Shown here piece after piece: positions 41,374 through 51,579 of a stretch of DNA of 64,000 nt. Where the stretch lies: NCBI GenBank assembly GCA_007693965.1, contig RECQ01000031.1:17771-81770 (forward strand). Reading direction: 5' to 3'. The notes beneath the pieces were generated by a model, which was given only the letters and a program-made list of their open reading frames with translations, made no database searches and was not told the origin of the DNA. The translations under genes and the position numbers were made by a program. This stretch comes from Phycisphaeraceae bacterium. Its GTDB lineage: Bacteria > Planctomycetota > Phycisphaerae > Phycisphaerales > UBA1924. Position 1 is the first letter of the stretch, and every line of letters begins with the position of its first letter.

Positions 41374-42132
41374 TCACGTGCGCGCCTCCTTCCGCACATC
41401 TTTCGCGGCGATGGCCGGAGGCGATTCGGCGCCGGGCATCGCCATCACCAGGACCGCGCACGTGGTCGCGATCGAGATGGTGGCGAGCGTCTCCACCATG
41501 AGGATGATGTCGCCGGCGCGACCGGGCGGCAGTTCGAGCATGTCCAGGCCGGCGAGTCTCGTGGCTACGGCTGCTACGAGGAACGCCAGGAAACCGACGG
41601 CGAGCAGAATCCGGATCGCAACATCGCCGATTCGATCGAGCGAAGGCGTTCCCGACAGCCGCAGCATCGCGCCCGCGGCGCCGAGGACCACCCCCGCCTG
41701 AAAGGCGCCGCCGGGCGCGAACTTGCCCAGCCACAGGAGATACCCCGCGGTGAGAGTCAGCATGGGGATGAGCAGGCGAGTGAGCCAGGTGAGCAGCGGG
41801 TCGCGCCGCGGCGCCGGTCGGACGTTCTCAAGATGTGCACCGCCCCGAAGCGCAAAGATCGCCATCACCGCGAGAAGCAGCACGCCCACCTCGAGCCAGG
41901 TGTCGTAACTGCGGTAGTTGAGCAGGACGGCGGTGACGGCGTGATCGACACCCGTGTGCGCCAACTGGGCCGCCGCCTCTTCAGCGAGCCCGAGCGGGCC
42001 CTCGGGCAACTCGAGCACGGCCGCGACGAGCAACAACGCGAGCGCCAACGCGCCGGCGCCGGCGACGACGATGCGAACCCGCAACAGCGCCCGGCGCCGG
42101 CGACGACGGAGTGTGGCGTCATGCCGTGTCAT
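41374..42132 (-). CDS. mrpB: Na+/H+ antiporter subunit B-like (MnhB domain)
   Basis: Membrane protein containing LNYRSYDTWLEVGVLLLAV, typical of the MnhB/MrpB domain. Confidence 0.65.
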   Translation of the reverse strand: MTRHDATLRRRRRRALLRVRIVVAGAGALALALLLVAAVLELPEGPLGLAEEAAAQLAHTGVDHAVTAVLLNYRSYDTWLEVGVLLLAVMAIFALRGGAHLENVRPAPRRDPLLTWLTRLLIPMLTLTAGYLLWLGKFAPGGAFQAGVVLGAAGAMLRLSGTPSLDRIGDVAIRILLAVGFLAFLVAAVATRLAGLDMLELPPGRAGDIILMVETLATISIATTCAVLVMAMPGAESPPAIAAKDVRKEART

Positions 42133-42397
42133 CGTCGCCTCCTTCGCTCCTCCAGCCGTGTCTGCGGCGGAGTTCGCCGGCGGTGTCGAGCAGAAGCACG
42201 CCCATCAGTCCGGCGCCGATGGCGGCCTCGGCCAGCGCGATGTCGGGCGCATCCAGTCGTGTCCAGGCGATCGCCATCAGCAGCCCGTACGCGATGAAAA
42301 GCACCACCGACTGCAACAGCTCCCGCGTTGTCACAACACGCCAGGCGAGGACAGTCAGCATCAGGGCGAGGAGGACATCGAAGAGCAATGCGGTCAT
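42119..42397 (-). CDS. Small membrane protein, DUF4040-like (corresponds to the region of MrpA between the NuoL-like and MrpB-like domains)
   Basis: 92-aa, 3-TM ORF in the conserved position between mrpG and mrpB. Confidence 0.5.
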   Translation of the reverse strand: MTALLFDVLLALMLTVLAWRVVTTRELLQSVVLFIAYGLLMAIAWTRLDAPDIALAEAAIGAGLMGVLLLDTAGELRRRHGWRSEGGDDDTA

Positions 42398-42708
42398 GCG
42401 CGCTCCTCCCCATCTGCGACGGCGCCGATGTCGTCGCCCGCGGCTGAGCGCCCGAGCAGGTAGCAGGCGCTGGAGCTGGCCAGCAGCGCCAGCAGCCAGA
42501 TGAGCAGCAGCTTCACAACGCCGCCCAATGATCCATCAAGGAGCATGAGCCCGACAATGATGAGCCCCAGTCCGAGGTTGTCCGCCTTGGTGAGCGCGTG
42601 CAGACGGCTGAGCGCATCTGGAAATCGCAGCAGCCCGGCGGTTCCGGCGAGAAAGAAGAAGGCGCCGGCGAGGATGAAGATCATCGCCAGGAGGTCGAGC
42701 GCGCTCAT
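42394..42708 (-). CDS. mrpG: Na+/H+ antiporter subunit G (MrpG/MnhG)
   Basis: LAGTAGLLRFPDALSRLHALTKADNLGLGLIIVG matches the MnhG signature. Confidence 0.75.
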   Translation of the reverse strand: MSALDLLAMIFILAGAFFFLAGTAGLLRFPDALSRLHALTKADNLGLGLIIVGLMLLDGSLGGVVKLLLIWLLALLASSSACYLLGRSAAGDDIGAVADGEERA

Positions 42709-42983
42709 CGTTCCGACTCCTGCTGCGATGCGCGCGAAGGCCCGCGGGTTGCATAGGCGACCGCCGCGATCGCAGCAAGAAGAGTGAAGATCAGGGCCAC
42801 ATTCTTGAACTCAGGACGCCCGCCCGCCTCCGCCAGCAGCAGGATGATTCCCACGCCCGTCGTGCCGAAAAGCTGCACGGCCAGCATGCGATCAGCGTTC
42901 GTCGGGCCGCGACCCAGGCGGACCATCCCGACGATGATGTTCAGCAAGAGAAAGATCGCGATTCCGAGCAGGAATGCGTTCAT
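42705..42983 (-). CDS. mrpF: Na+/H+ antiporter subunit F (MrpF/MnhF)
   Basis: NADRMLAVQLFGTTGVGIILLLAEA matches MnhF. Start at internal ATG (MNAFLLG). Confidence 0.7.
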   Translation of the reverse strand: MNAFLLGIAIFLLLNIIVGMVRLGRGPTNADRMLAVQLFGTTGVGIILLLAEAGGRPEFKNVALIFTLLAAIAAVAYATRGPSRASQQESER

Positions 42984-43086
42984 TGGAAATAGATGAAGGG
43001 ATGACGTGGCGAGAGGATCATCTGCTTGGCCCGCGGCCACCATACCAGATCATCGCCCCGTCACTCCATCGCGCAGGCCGCCGTTG

Positions 43087-43503
43087 TCACCGACGCGGTC
43101 GCTCGCCGGGACGGTTGGTGCGGTTGGTGGTCAGCGATGTGAAGGAATCGCGCCGCGTGTGGGCCGGGCCGGTGTGGCCGGTGAACTCCAGCTCCAGCCG
43201 CGCCGCCTCGCTCATCATGTCAGGGTTCCACTTCGGCTCCCACACCAGGTTGATCGACGCATCGGCCACCCCCTCCACCTCCCGCGCCACCTGCTGCACC
43301 TTCGCGGGCAGCGACTCGGCCACCGGACAGTTGGGCGTGGTGAGCGTCATGCGGATCGTCACACGCCGATCGTCGTCGATCGCGACATCGTAGATCAGAC
43401 CCAGGTCATAGACATTGACGGGAATCTCAGGGTCGAAGACCGTGCGAATGGCGTCGACCACGGCTTCCTTGAGACGTTCGGTTTCAGTCGGTTGGTCGGT
43501 CAT
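43087..43503 (-). CDS. sufT: SUF-system Fe-S assembly protein, DUF59/MIP18 family (SufT-like)
   Basis: VFDPEIPVNVYDLGLIYDV...TLTTPNCPVAESL is a DUF59 signature. Last gene of the suf operon. Confidence 0.75.
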   Translation of the reverse strand: MTDQPTETERLKEAVVDAIRTVFDPEIPVNVYDLGLIYDVAIDDDRRVTIRMTLTTPNCPVAESLPAKVQQVAREVEGVADASINLVWEPKWNPDMMSEAARLELEFTGHTGPAHTRRDSFTSLTTNRTNRPGERPRR

Positions 43504-43518
43504 GGTGTTTATTTCGAG

Positions 43519-43670
43519 TTTGAACCACAGAGACACAGAGGCATAGAGAGAGGAGAAGAAGATGTGATGCAGAGTTGATATATCGCCGTGTTTGTCGCGG
43601 GCATTTCAGTACTTCAATACAGACTCAATCCCATTTCCCCTCTGTGTCTCTGTGCCTCCGTGGTTTTCCT
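43519..43670. repeat. Family-A hairpin repeat element, copy A2 (intercistronic, sufU / sufT)
   Basis: tgaaccacagagacacagaggcatagagagaggagaagaagatgtgatg ... tttcccctctgtgtctctgtgcctccgtggttttcc. Confidence 0.75.
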
Positions 43671-43679
43671 TCTCCCGCA

Positions 43680-44138
43680 TCATTCCGTCTTCACCACATC
43701 GCCGTTTCGCTGATCGATCGCCGCCTTCAGCGTGTGCCATGCGAGTGTCGCGCACTTCACGCGTGCCGGAAAGCGGCGCACGCCCTCGATGGCGCTGATC
43801 GGGTCCAGCTCGTCGGACGGGGGGCCTTCGCCGTTGCGCGTGAGGCGCTCGTGGAACGATTCGAAGAGCTTCTGCGCCTCATCGAGCGTGTGGCCGACCA
43901 TGGTCTCGGTCATGATCGAGGCGGATGCGGTCGAGATGGCGCAGCCGCCGCCCTCGAAGGAGACGTCTTCGATTTTCCCATCATTGTCGAGCTTGACGTA
44001 AACATGCACCCGGTCGCCGCAGAGCGGGTTGTGACCCACCGCGTGCCCGGTCGGCGATTCGATGGCGCGGCGATTCCGTGGCCGGCGGCTGTGATCGACG
44101 ATCACCTCTCGGTACAGTTCCTGCGCATCAAAGCTCAT
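43680..44138 (-). CDS. sufU: SufU / NifU-like zinc-dependent sulfur-transfer protein
   Basis: NPLCGDRVHVYVKLDNDGKIEDVSFEGGGCAISTASAS...ARVKCATLAW carries the conserved Cys residues of SufU/IscU-like proteins. Confidence 0.8.
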   Translation of the reverse strand: MSFDAQELYREVIVDHSRRPRNRRAIESPTGHAVGHNPLCGDRVHVYVKLDNDGKIEDVSFEGGGCAISTASASIMTETMVGHTLDEAQKLFESFHERLTRNGEGPPSDELDPISAIEGVRRFPARVKCATLAWHTLKAAIDQRNGDVVKTE

Positions 44139-45409
44139 GAAAAGATCTCGATGGCCTTGCGGATCGCGCTGACCAGCGCCTCGATGTCCGCTTCGCGATT
44201 GTAGACGCCGATCGAGGCGCGAGCCGTCGCGGGGACGCCGAAGCGCTCCATCAGCGGCTGGGCGCAGTGGTGGCCCGTCCGGATCGCCACGCCCTCCTGA
44301 TCGACCACCGTGCCCAGATCGTGCGGGTGCACCTCGTCCACCACGAACGACACCGAGCCGGCGCGCCGGCCGGGCTCGCCGATCAGGCGCAGGCCGGGAA
44401 TCTCGCGCAGCGCCGAGGCCATGCGCTCCAGCACGGCGCTCTCATGGGCGCCGATGCGGTCGAGGCCGATTCCATCCAGAAAATCGACCGCCGCCCCCAG
44501 CGCCACAGCGCCGGCGATGTTGGGCGTGCCCGCCTCGAACTTCTGCGGCGGGACGTTGTAGGTCGTGCCTTCGAACGTGACCGACAGAATCATGTCGCCG
44601 CCGCCCTGCCAGGGAGGCATGGCCTCCAGCAGCTCGTGGCGCCCATAGAGCGCGCCGATTCCCGTCGGGGCGTACATCTTGTGGCCGGAGATGGCGTAGA
44701 AATCGCAGCCGATGCCGCGCACATCCACCTTCTCGTGCGGCGTGGCCTGGGCGCCGTCGATCACCACGATCGCCCCGACTTGCTTCGACATCCGCGCCAT
44801 CTCGTGAACCGGGTTCACCGTCCCCAGCGCGTTGGAGATGTGCACGAAGGCGGCGATCTTTGTGCGTTCATTCAGCAGCTTCTCGAACGCATCGAGGATC
44901 ACCTCGCCACGGTCATCCACCGGCGCCACCTTCAGCGTCGCCCCCGTCTGCTCGCACAGCATCTGCCAGGGGACGATGTTGGAGTGGTGCTCCATGTGGG
45001 TGATGAGAATCTCGTCGCCCGCCCTGACGTTGGCGCGGCCCCACGACTGTGCCACGAGGTTCATCGCCTCGGTCACGCCGCGGAGAAAGACGATCTCCTC
45101 GGGACGCGAAGCGCCGAGCAGGCGGCGCACCTTGTCGCGTGCCGCTTCGTAGACCTCGGTCGCCTCGACGCTGAGCGTGTGCACGCCGCGGTGGACATTG
45201 GCGTTCTTCTCGCGGTGGAAGGCGTCCATCGCGTCCAGCACGTCGAGCGGCTTCTGCGTGGTGGCGGCGCTGTCGAGGTAGACGAGCGGATGGCCGTTGA
45301 TGCGCCGTTCGAGGATGGGGAATCGCCGGCGCACCGCTTCAACGTCGTACGCGCCCGTGCCGGACTGGAGCCGGGCATGGCCTGAAGAAGCTGCGGCGGA
45401 AGTGCTCAT
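44135..45409 (-). CDS. sufS: Cysteine desulfurase SufS (class II aminotransferase)
   Basis: PLP-lysine motif SGHKMYAPTGIGALYG, active-site Cys (RTGHHCAQPL), N-terminal LDSAATTQKP. 424 aa. Confidence 0.9.
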   Translation of the reverse strand: MSTSAAASSGHARLQSGTGAYDVEAVRRRFPILERRINGHPLVYLDSAATTQKPLDVLDAMDAFHREKNANVHRGVHTLSVEATEVYEAARDKVRRLLGASRPEEIVFLRGVTEAMNLVAQSWGRANVRAGDEILITHMEHHSNIVPWQMLCEQTGATLKVAPVDDRGEVILDAFEKLLNERTKIAAFVHISNALGTVNPVHEMARMSKQVGAIVVIDGAQATPHEKVDVRGIGCDFYAISGHKMYAPTGIGALYGRHELLEAMPPWQGGGDMILSVTFEGTTYNVPPQKFEAGTPNIAGAVALGAAVDFLDGIGLDRIGAHESAVLERMASALREIPGLRLIGEPGRRAGSVSFVVDEVHPHDLGTVVDQEGVAIRTGHHCAQPLMERFGVPATARASIGVYNREADIEALVSAIRKAIEIFS

Positions 45410-45426
45410 CGGTTCTTGCTCCGCCT

Positions 45427-46832
45427 TCAGACGGCCTCCTGCAGCGCGCCGGACTTCCCCGGGGCGCCGGCGTCGATGGACGACTCGCGCGAGAAGAGAC
45501 GCTCTTCGACCAGCTCGCGCAGGGCGTCGACCTTGATGGTGTCGATGATCTCGCCCGCGAAGGCGCGCACCAGGATGGAGGTCGCCTCGCGCTCGCTCAG
45601 GCCGCGGGCGCGGAGGTAGAAGATCGCGTCCTCATCGAGCTGCCCGGTCAGGGCGGCGTGGGTGCACTTGACGTCGTCGGCGAAGATTTCGAGCTGCGGC
45701 CGGCTGTCGGCCTGGGCGTTCTCGCTCAGCAGCAGATTCGAGTTGGTCTGCTTGCCGTCGGTCTTCTGCGCGATCTGATGGACGAAGATGCGCCCGGTGA
45801 AGGCGGAGCGCGATTCGTCCTCGAGGACGCTCTTGAAATATTCGCGGCTCTCGCAGGCGGGCGCCGCGTGCTCGACGCGCAGATGGTTGTCCACGTGCTC
45901 GCGCCCGCGGAGCTTGGCCAGGCCGCGCAGGGCGCACAGGCCGTCCTCGCCGGCCATGATCGCGTGATAATCGTTCCGCGTGATGCGGCCGCCGATGGAG
46001 ATGGTGCAGGAGGTGACATCCGTCTTCCCCTCCTGGCGCACCGCCAGCGTCGAGATGTGGAACGCCTCGTCGGGCAGGTGGGTGGTGCGGTAGTGGAAGA
46101 CGTGCGCGCCTTCGCGAGCCATGATCTCGGTGGCGACGTTGGTCAGCGAAACGCCCTCGCCGACGCCGACGTGCGTCTCGGTCACGGTGGCGACGGCGCC
46201 CGCCTCGGCGCCGATGACGATGCGCGGGTGCGACGCCAGCGGCGTGTCGCCGCCGGCGGTGGCGATGAAGACCAGCTCGATCGGCGATTCGACCCGAACG
46301 CCCTTCTCCAGATGCAGAAAGACGCCGTCTTCGAAAAAGGCGGTGTTCAGGGCGGCGAAGGGGCGGTTGGTGTCGTCAAGGCACTGCCCCAGCCACGGCT
46401 CGACATCGGCCGCACGTGTGCGCACCGCCTCGGCCAGCGGCAGCAGCGTTACGCCCTTCGTCGTTGCGCCATTGGTGGAGAGCGAGGGGGCGTAGCGCCC
46501 GTCCACGAAGACCAGCCGCGGCGACGAATCATCGCCAAATCGATAGGGCGCCAGCTCGGCCGCGTCGATGTAGGGGATCTCGCCGGTCGGTCGGGCGAAG
46601 GCCGTGCGCGCGATGGGCGCGACGTTGGTGTACTTCCAGTCCTCGTTGCGCCGATCGGGAAAGCCGATCTCGGCGAAGCGCTCGATCGCAGCCTTGCGCG
46701 ATGCCTTCAGCGAAGGCAGTCCGCCGGCGCCGTCCACATCGAGGAAGCCGGAAAAATCTTCGAGCTGGCGATCTCTGGCCAGGATCAGTTCGTTGGTGTC
46801 GCTCACGGTGTGCGGCCTCTCTGGCTTGTTGA

Positions 46833-46836
<4 letters not shown>
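45427..46836 (-). CDS. sufD: Fe-S cluster assembly protein SufD
   Basis: 469 aa with a SufB/SufD C-terminal beta-helix region. Lies between sufC and sufS. Confidence 0.8.
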
Positions 46837-47597
<761 letters not shown>

Positions 47598-47628
47598 CTT
47601 CGTTGGTTCCTTGCGAATCCGAGTTTGT

Positions 47629-47798
47629 ATCACCACAGAGGCTCAGAGACACGGAGAGGAAGAGAAAGGGTGAAGTGTGTCGGGGCGATGATGTATCCGA
47701 ACACTCAAACCACTACCGATCACAATCTTCCCATCATTCCTTCATTCTCTCCTGCCCTCTCTGCGCCTCTGTGTCTCTGTGTCTCTGTGGTTGATTCC
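47629..47798. repeat. Family-A hairpin repeat element, copy A3 (intercistronic, sufB / sufC)
   Basis: tcaccacagaggctcagagacacggagaggaagagaaagggtgaagtgtg ... ctctctgcgcctctgtgtctctgtgtctctgtggttgattcc. Confidence 0.75.
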
Positions 47799-47801
47799 TT
47801 C

Positions 47802-49256
<1,455 letters not shown>

Positions 49257-49260
49257 GTGG

Positions 49261-49345
49261 GGGAGTTCCGAGTTCTGAGTACTGAGTACCGAGTTCTGAG
49301 TTCTGAGTTCTGAGTTCTGGGTCTGGGTCTTTGAATTCGTGGCGG
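49261..49345. repeat. GAGTTCT-type heptanucleotide tandem repeat tract (about 10 units) between rrf2 and sufB
   Basis: gagttcc gagttct gagtact gagtacc gagttct gagttct gagttct gagttct gggtct gggtct. Confidence 0.8.
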
Positions 49346-49376
49346 TGCGGTGCGGGATGTTGTTCATCCCGTTTTT

Positions 49377-49898
49377 TCATGGTCTCTCTGCGGCGATGTG
49401 TCTGTGCGGCTGCATTCGCAACTTGTGTTCGATCTGCCCGCCCCATGCGGGGACGACAGGCACTTCGCCGGTGGCGAGGTGTTCAACTGTCACGCCGCTG
49501 AGCATGCTCACCACGTTCATATGCACCTGGCGGATCGCGCCCTTGATGCGGCAGGAGTCTTCCAGCCGGCAGGGGACCGGCTCGGGGTCCTGGCCCTTGC
49601 GCGGGCGCGCGTGCGGCCCGCAGCACAGCGTCAGCCGCACCGGCCCCTCGATCGCCTCGACCACGCAGGTGATCGAGATCTCATCCGCCCGCCGGGCCAG
49701 CAGATACCCGCCCCCGGCGCCGTGGGCCGACTCCAAAAGCCCCGCCCGGGCCAGATCCTGCAGGATGTTCCGCAGCGCCGGCAAAGGCAGCCGCAGCGAT
49801 TCCGCCAGCGAACGGGCGCTGCGAGCCCGGCCGGGGTCCTCAGAGAGGGACACCAGCGCGACCAGGGCGTAGTCGGTCTTGCGAGTCAGAGAGAGCAT
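49377..49898 (-). CDS. Rrf2-family transcriptional regulator (IscR/SufR-like), first gene of the suf operon
   Basis: N-terminal MLSLTRKTDYALVALVSL...SLAESLRLPLPALRNILQDLARAGLLES is an Rrf2 wHTH. The C-terminal cysteines may ligate a cluster. Confidence 0.75.
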   Translation of the reverse strand: MLSLTRKTDYALVALVSLSEDPGRARSARSLAESLRLPLPALRNILQDLARAGLLESAHGAGGGYLLARRADEISITCVVEAIEGPVRLTLCCGPHARPRKGQDPEPVPCRLEDSCRIKGAIRQVHMNVVSMLSGVTVEHLATGEVPVVPAWGGQIEHKLRMQPHRHIAAERP

Positions 49899-50109
49899 CG
49901 AACGGCGTTTCCAGTGTCGAGACCGGCGTCCACCGGGGAGGCCCCCAGGATATGGCGCCGGATGGGTGTCATTTCACTCCCGATCATAGCCGCAGGCGGG
50001 GGCGGGTTTCAAATGGCCAGAGGGCCAATTCGCCGGACATCGACCCCGACGCACCTCCAGCGCATCTGACCATTTGGCCATTTGGCCATTTGGCCCTTTG
50101 ACCCTCCGG

Positions 50110-51579
50110 CTATTTCGAAACCCCGCCCCACGACACAAATTTCAGTTCGGTGTACTCCTCCACCCCCCACCGGCCGCCCTCGCGGCCGACGCCGGACTGC
50201 TTCACGCCCCCGAAGGGCGCCTGGGCCGTCGAGGGCGCCGCGTCGTTGGCGCCGATGACGCCATACTCCAGCGCCTCGGCGACGCGCATCAGCCGCGAGG
50301 CGTCGCGCGTGTAGAAGTACGCCGCCAGGCCGTAGATCGAATCGTTGGCCAGCTTGATCGCCTCGTCCTCCGTGTCGAAAGCGCGCACCGGGGCGACGGG
50401 GCCGAAGGTCTCCTCGCGCCAGATGCGCATGTCGCTCGTGATCCCCTCGATGATGGTCGGCGCATAGAAACGGTTCGCGAGGCCCTTGTGGGGTTTGACC
50501 AGCCCGCCTCCTGTGCGCACCGTCGCGCCCTTGTCCAGCGCATCGGCCACGTGGGCTTTCACCTTCTCCACCGCATCGTCATCGATCAGCGGCCCCACCT
50601 CGACGCCCTGCTCGGACCCGGCGCCCACTTTCATGCGCTCCATGCGGCGCTGCATCAGTCCGACGAACTCGTCGTACACGCCGCGCTGCACCAGGATCCT
50701 GTTGGCGCAGATGCACGTCTGCCCCATGTTGCGCATTTTGTTCGCGACCGCCCCCGCCGCGGCGGCTTCGAGGTCGGCGTCGTCGAAGACGATGAGCGGC
50801 GCGTGGCCTCCGAGCTCCAGCGACAGCCGCATCACGTGGTCCGAGGCGCTTTTCATCAGCGATCGCCCCACCTCCGTCGAGCCGGTGAAGGAGAGCTTGC
50901 GCACGCGCGGGTCGTCGAAGAATGCGCCGGCGATCGCTTTCGCGTCGCCGGTGACGATGTTCACGACGCCGGGCGGGAACTCCGCTTCCAGCGCCAGCTC
51001 GCCCAACGCCAGCGCCGACAGCGGCGTCTGCTCCGCCGGCTTGACAACCATCGCGCAGCCCGCGGCCAGCGCGGGGCCGAGTTTGCGCGTGATCATCGCC
51101 GCGGGAAAGTTCCACGGCGTGATCGCGGCGCAGACCCCGACGGGCTGGCGCAGGACGAGAATGCGCTTGTCCGGTGACGAAGCTGGCACGGTGAGGCCGT
51201 AGATGCGCTTCGCCTCTTCCGCCGCCCATTCGATGAAGGACGCCGCGTAGGCGATCTCGCCCCGGGCTTCGGCCAGCGGCTTGCCCTGCTCGCGCGTCAT
51301 GAGAAGGGCGAGGCGCTCGCGGTCGCGCATCATCAATTCATAGAGGCGGCGCAGCGGCCTGGTGCGCTCCTGCGCGGTTCGCGACCGCCATTTGGGAAGC
51401 GCCTTCGCCGCGGCGTCGATCGCTCGCCTCGTCTCCGCCGCGGCGCATCCGGGGACGCTCGCGACCAGCTCGTCGGTGGCGGGGTCGCGGACCTCGATCG
51501 TCTCGCCCGAATCAGCGCCGACCCACTCGGCGCCGATGAGGCAGCTGCGCGGCGCCATGTTCTTGGGGTTGATCGTCAC
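50110..51579 (-). CDS. gabD: NAD(P)+-dependent succinate-semialdehyde dehydrogenase (aldehyde dehydrogenase family)
   Basis: ALDH motifs: catalytic Cys in NMGQTCICANRIL, and ELGGHAP. 489 aa with strong GabD-like similarity throughout. Confidence 0.8.
   Translation of the reverse strand: MTINPKNMAPRSCLIGAEWVGADSGETIEVRDPATDELVASVPGCAAAETRRAIDAAAKALPKWRSRTAQERTRPLRRLYELMMRDRERLALLMTREQGKPLAEARGEIAYAASFIEWAAEEAKRIYGLTVPASSPDKRILVLRQPVGVCAAITPWNFPAAMITRKLGPALAAGCAMVVKPAEQTPLSALALGELALEAEFPPGVVNIVTGDAKAIAGAFFDDPRVRKLSFTGSTEVGRSLMKSASDHVMRLSLELGGHAPLIVFDDADLEAAAAGAVANKMRNMGQTCICANRILVQRGVYDEFVGLMQRRMERMKVGAGSEQGVEVGPLIDDDAVEKVKAHVADALDKGATVRTGGGLVKPHKGLANRFYAPTIIEGITSDMRIWREETFGPVAPVRAFDTEDEAIKLANDSIYGLAAYFYTRDASRLMRVAEALEYGVIGANDAAPSTAQAPFGGVKQSGVGREGGRWGVEEYTELKFVSWGGVSK

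Noticed and set aside
49257-49367. N-terminal extension of sufB in the track ([37 protein letters not shown])
   Set aside because: It is simply the translation of the GAGTTCT heptamer repeat tract. SufB homology starts at MSRATPE.
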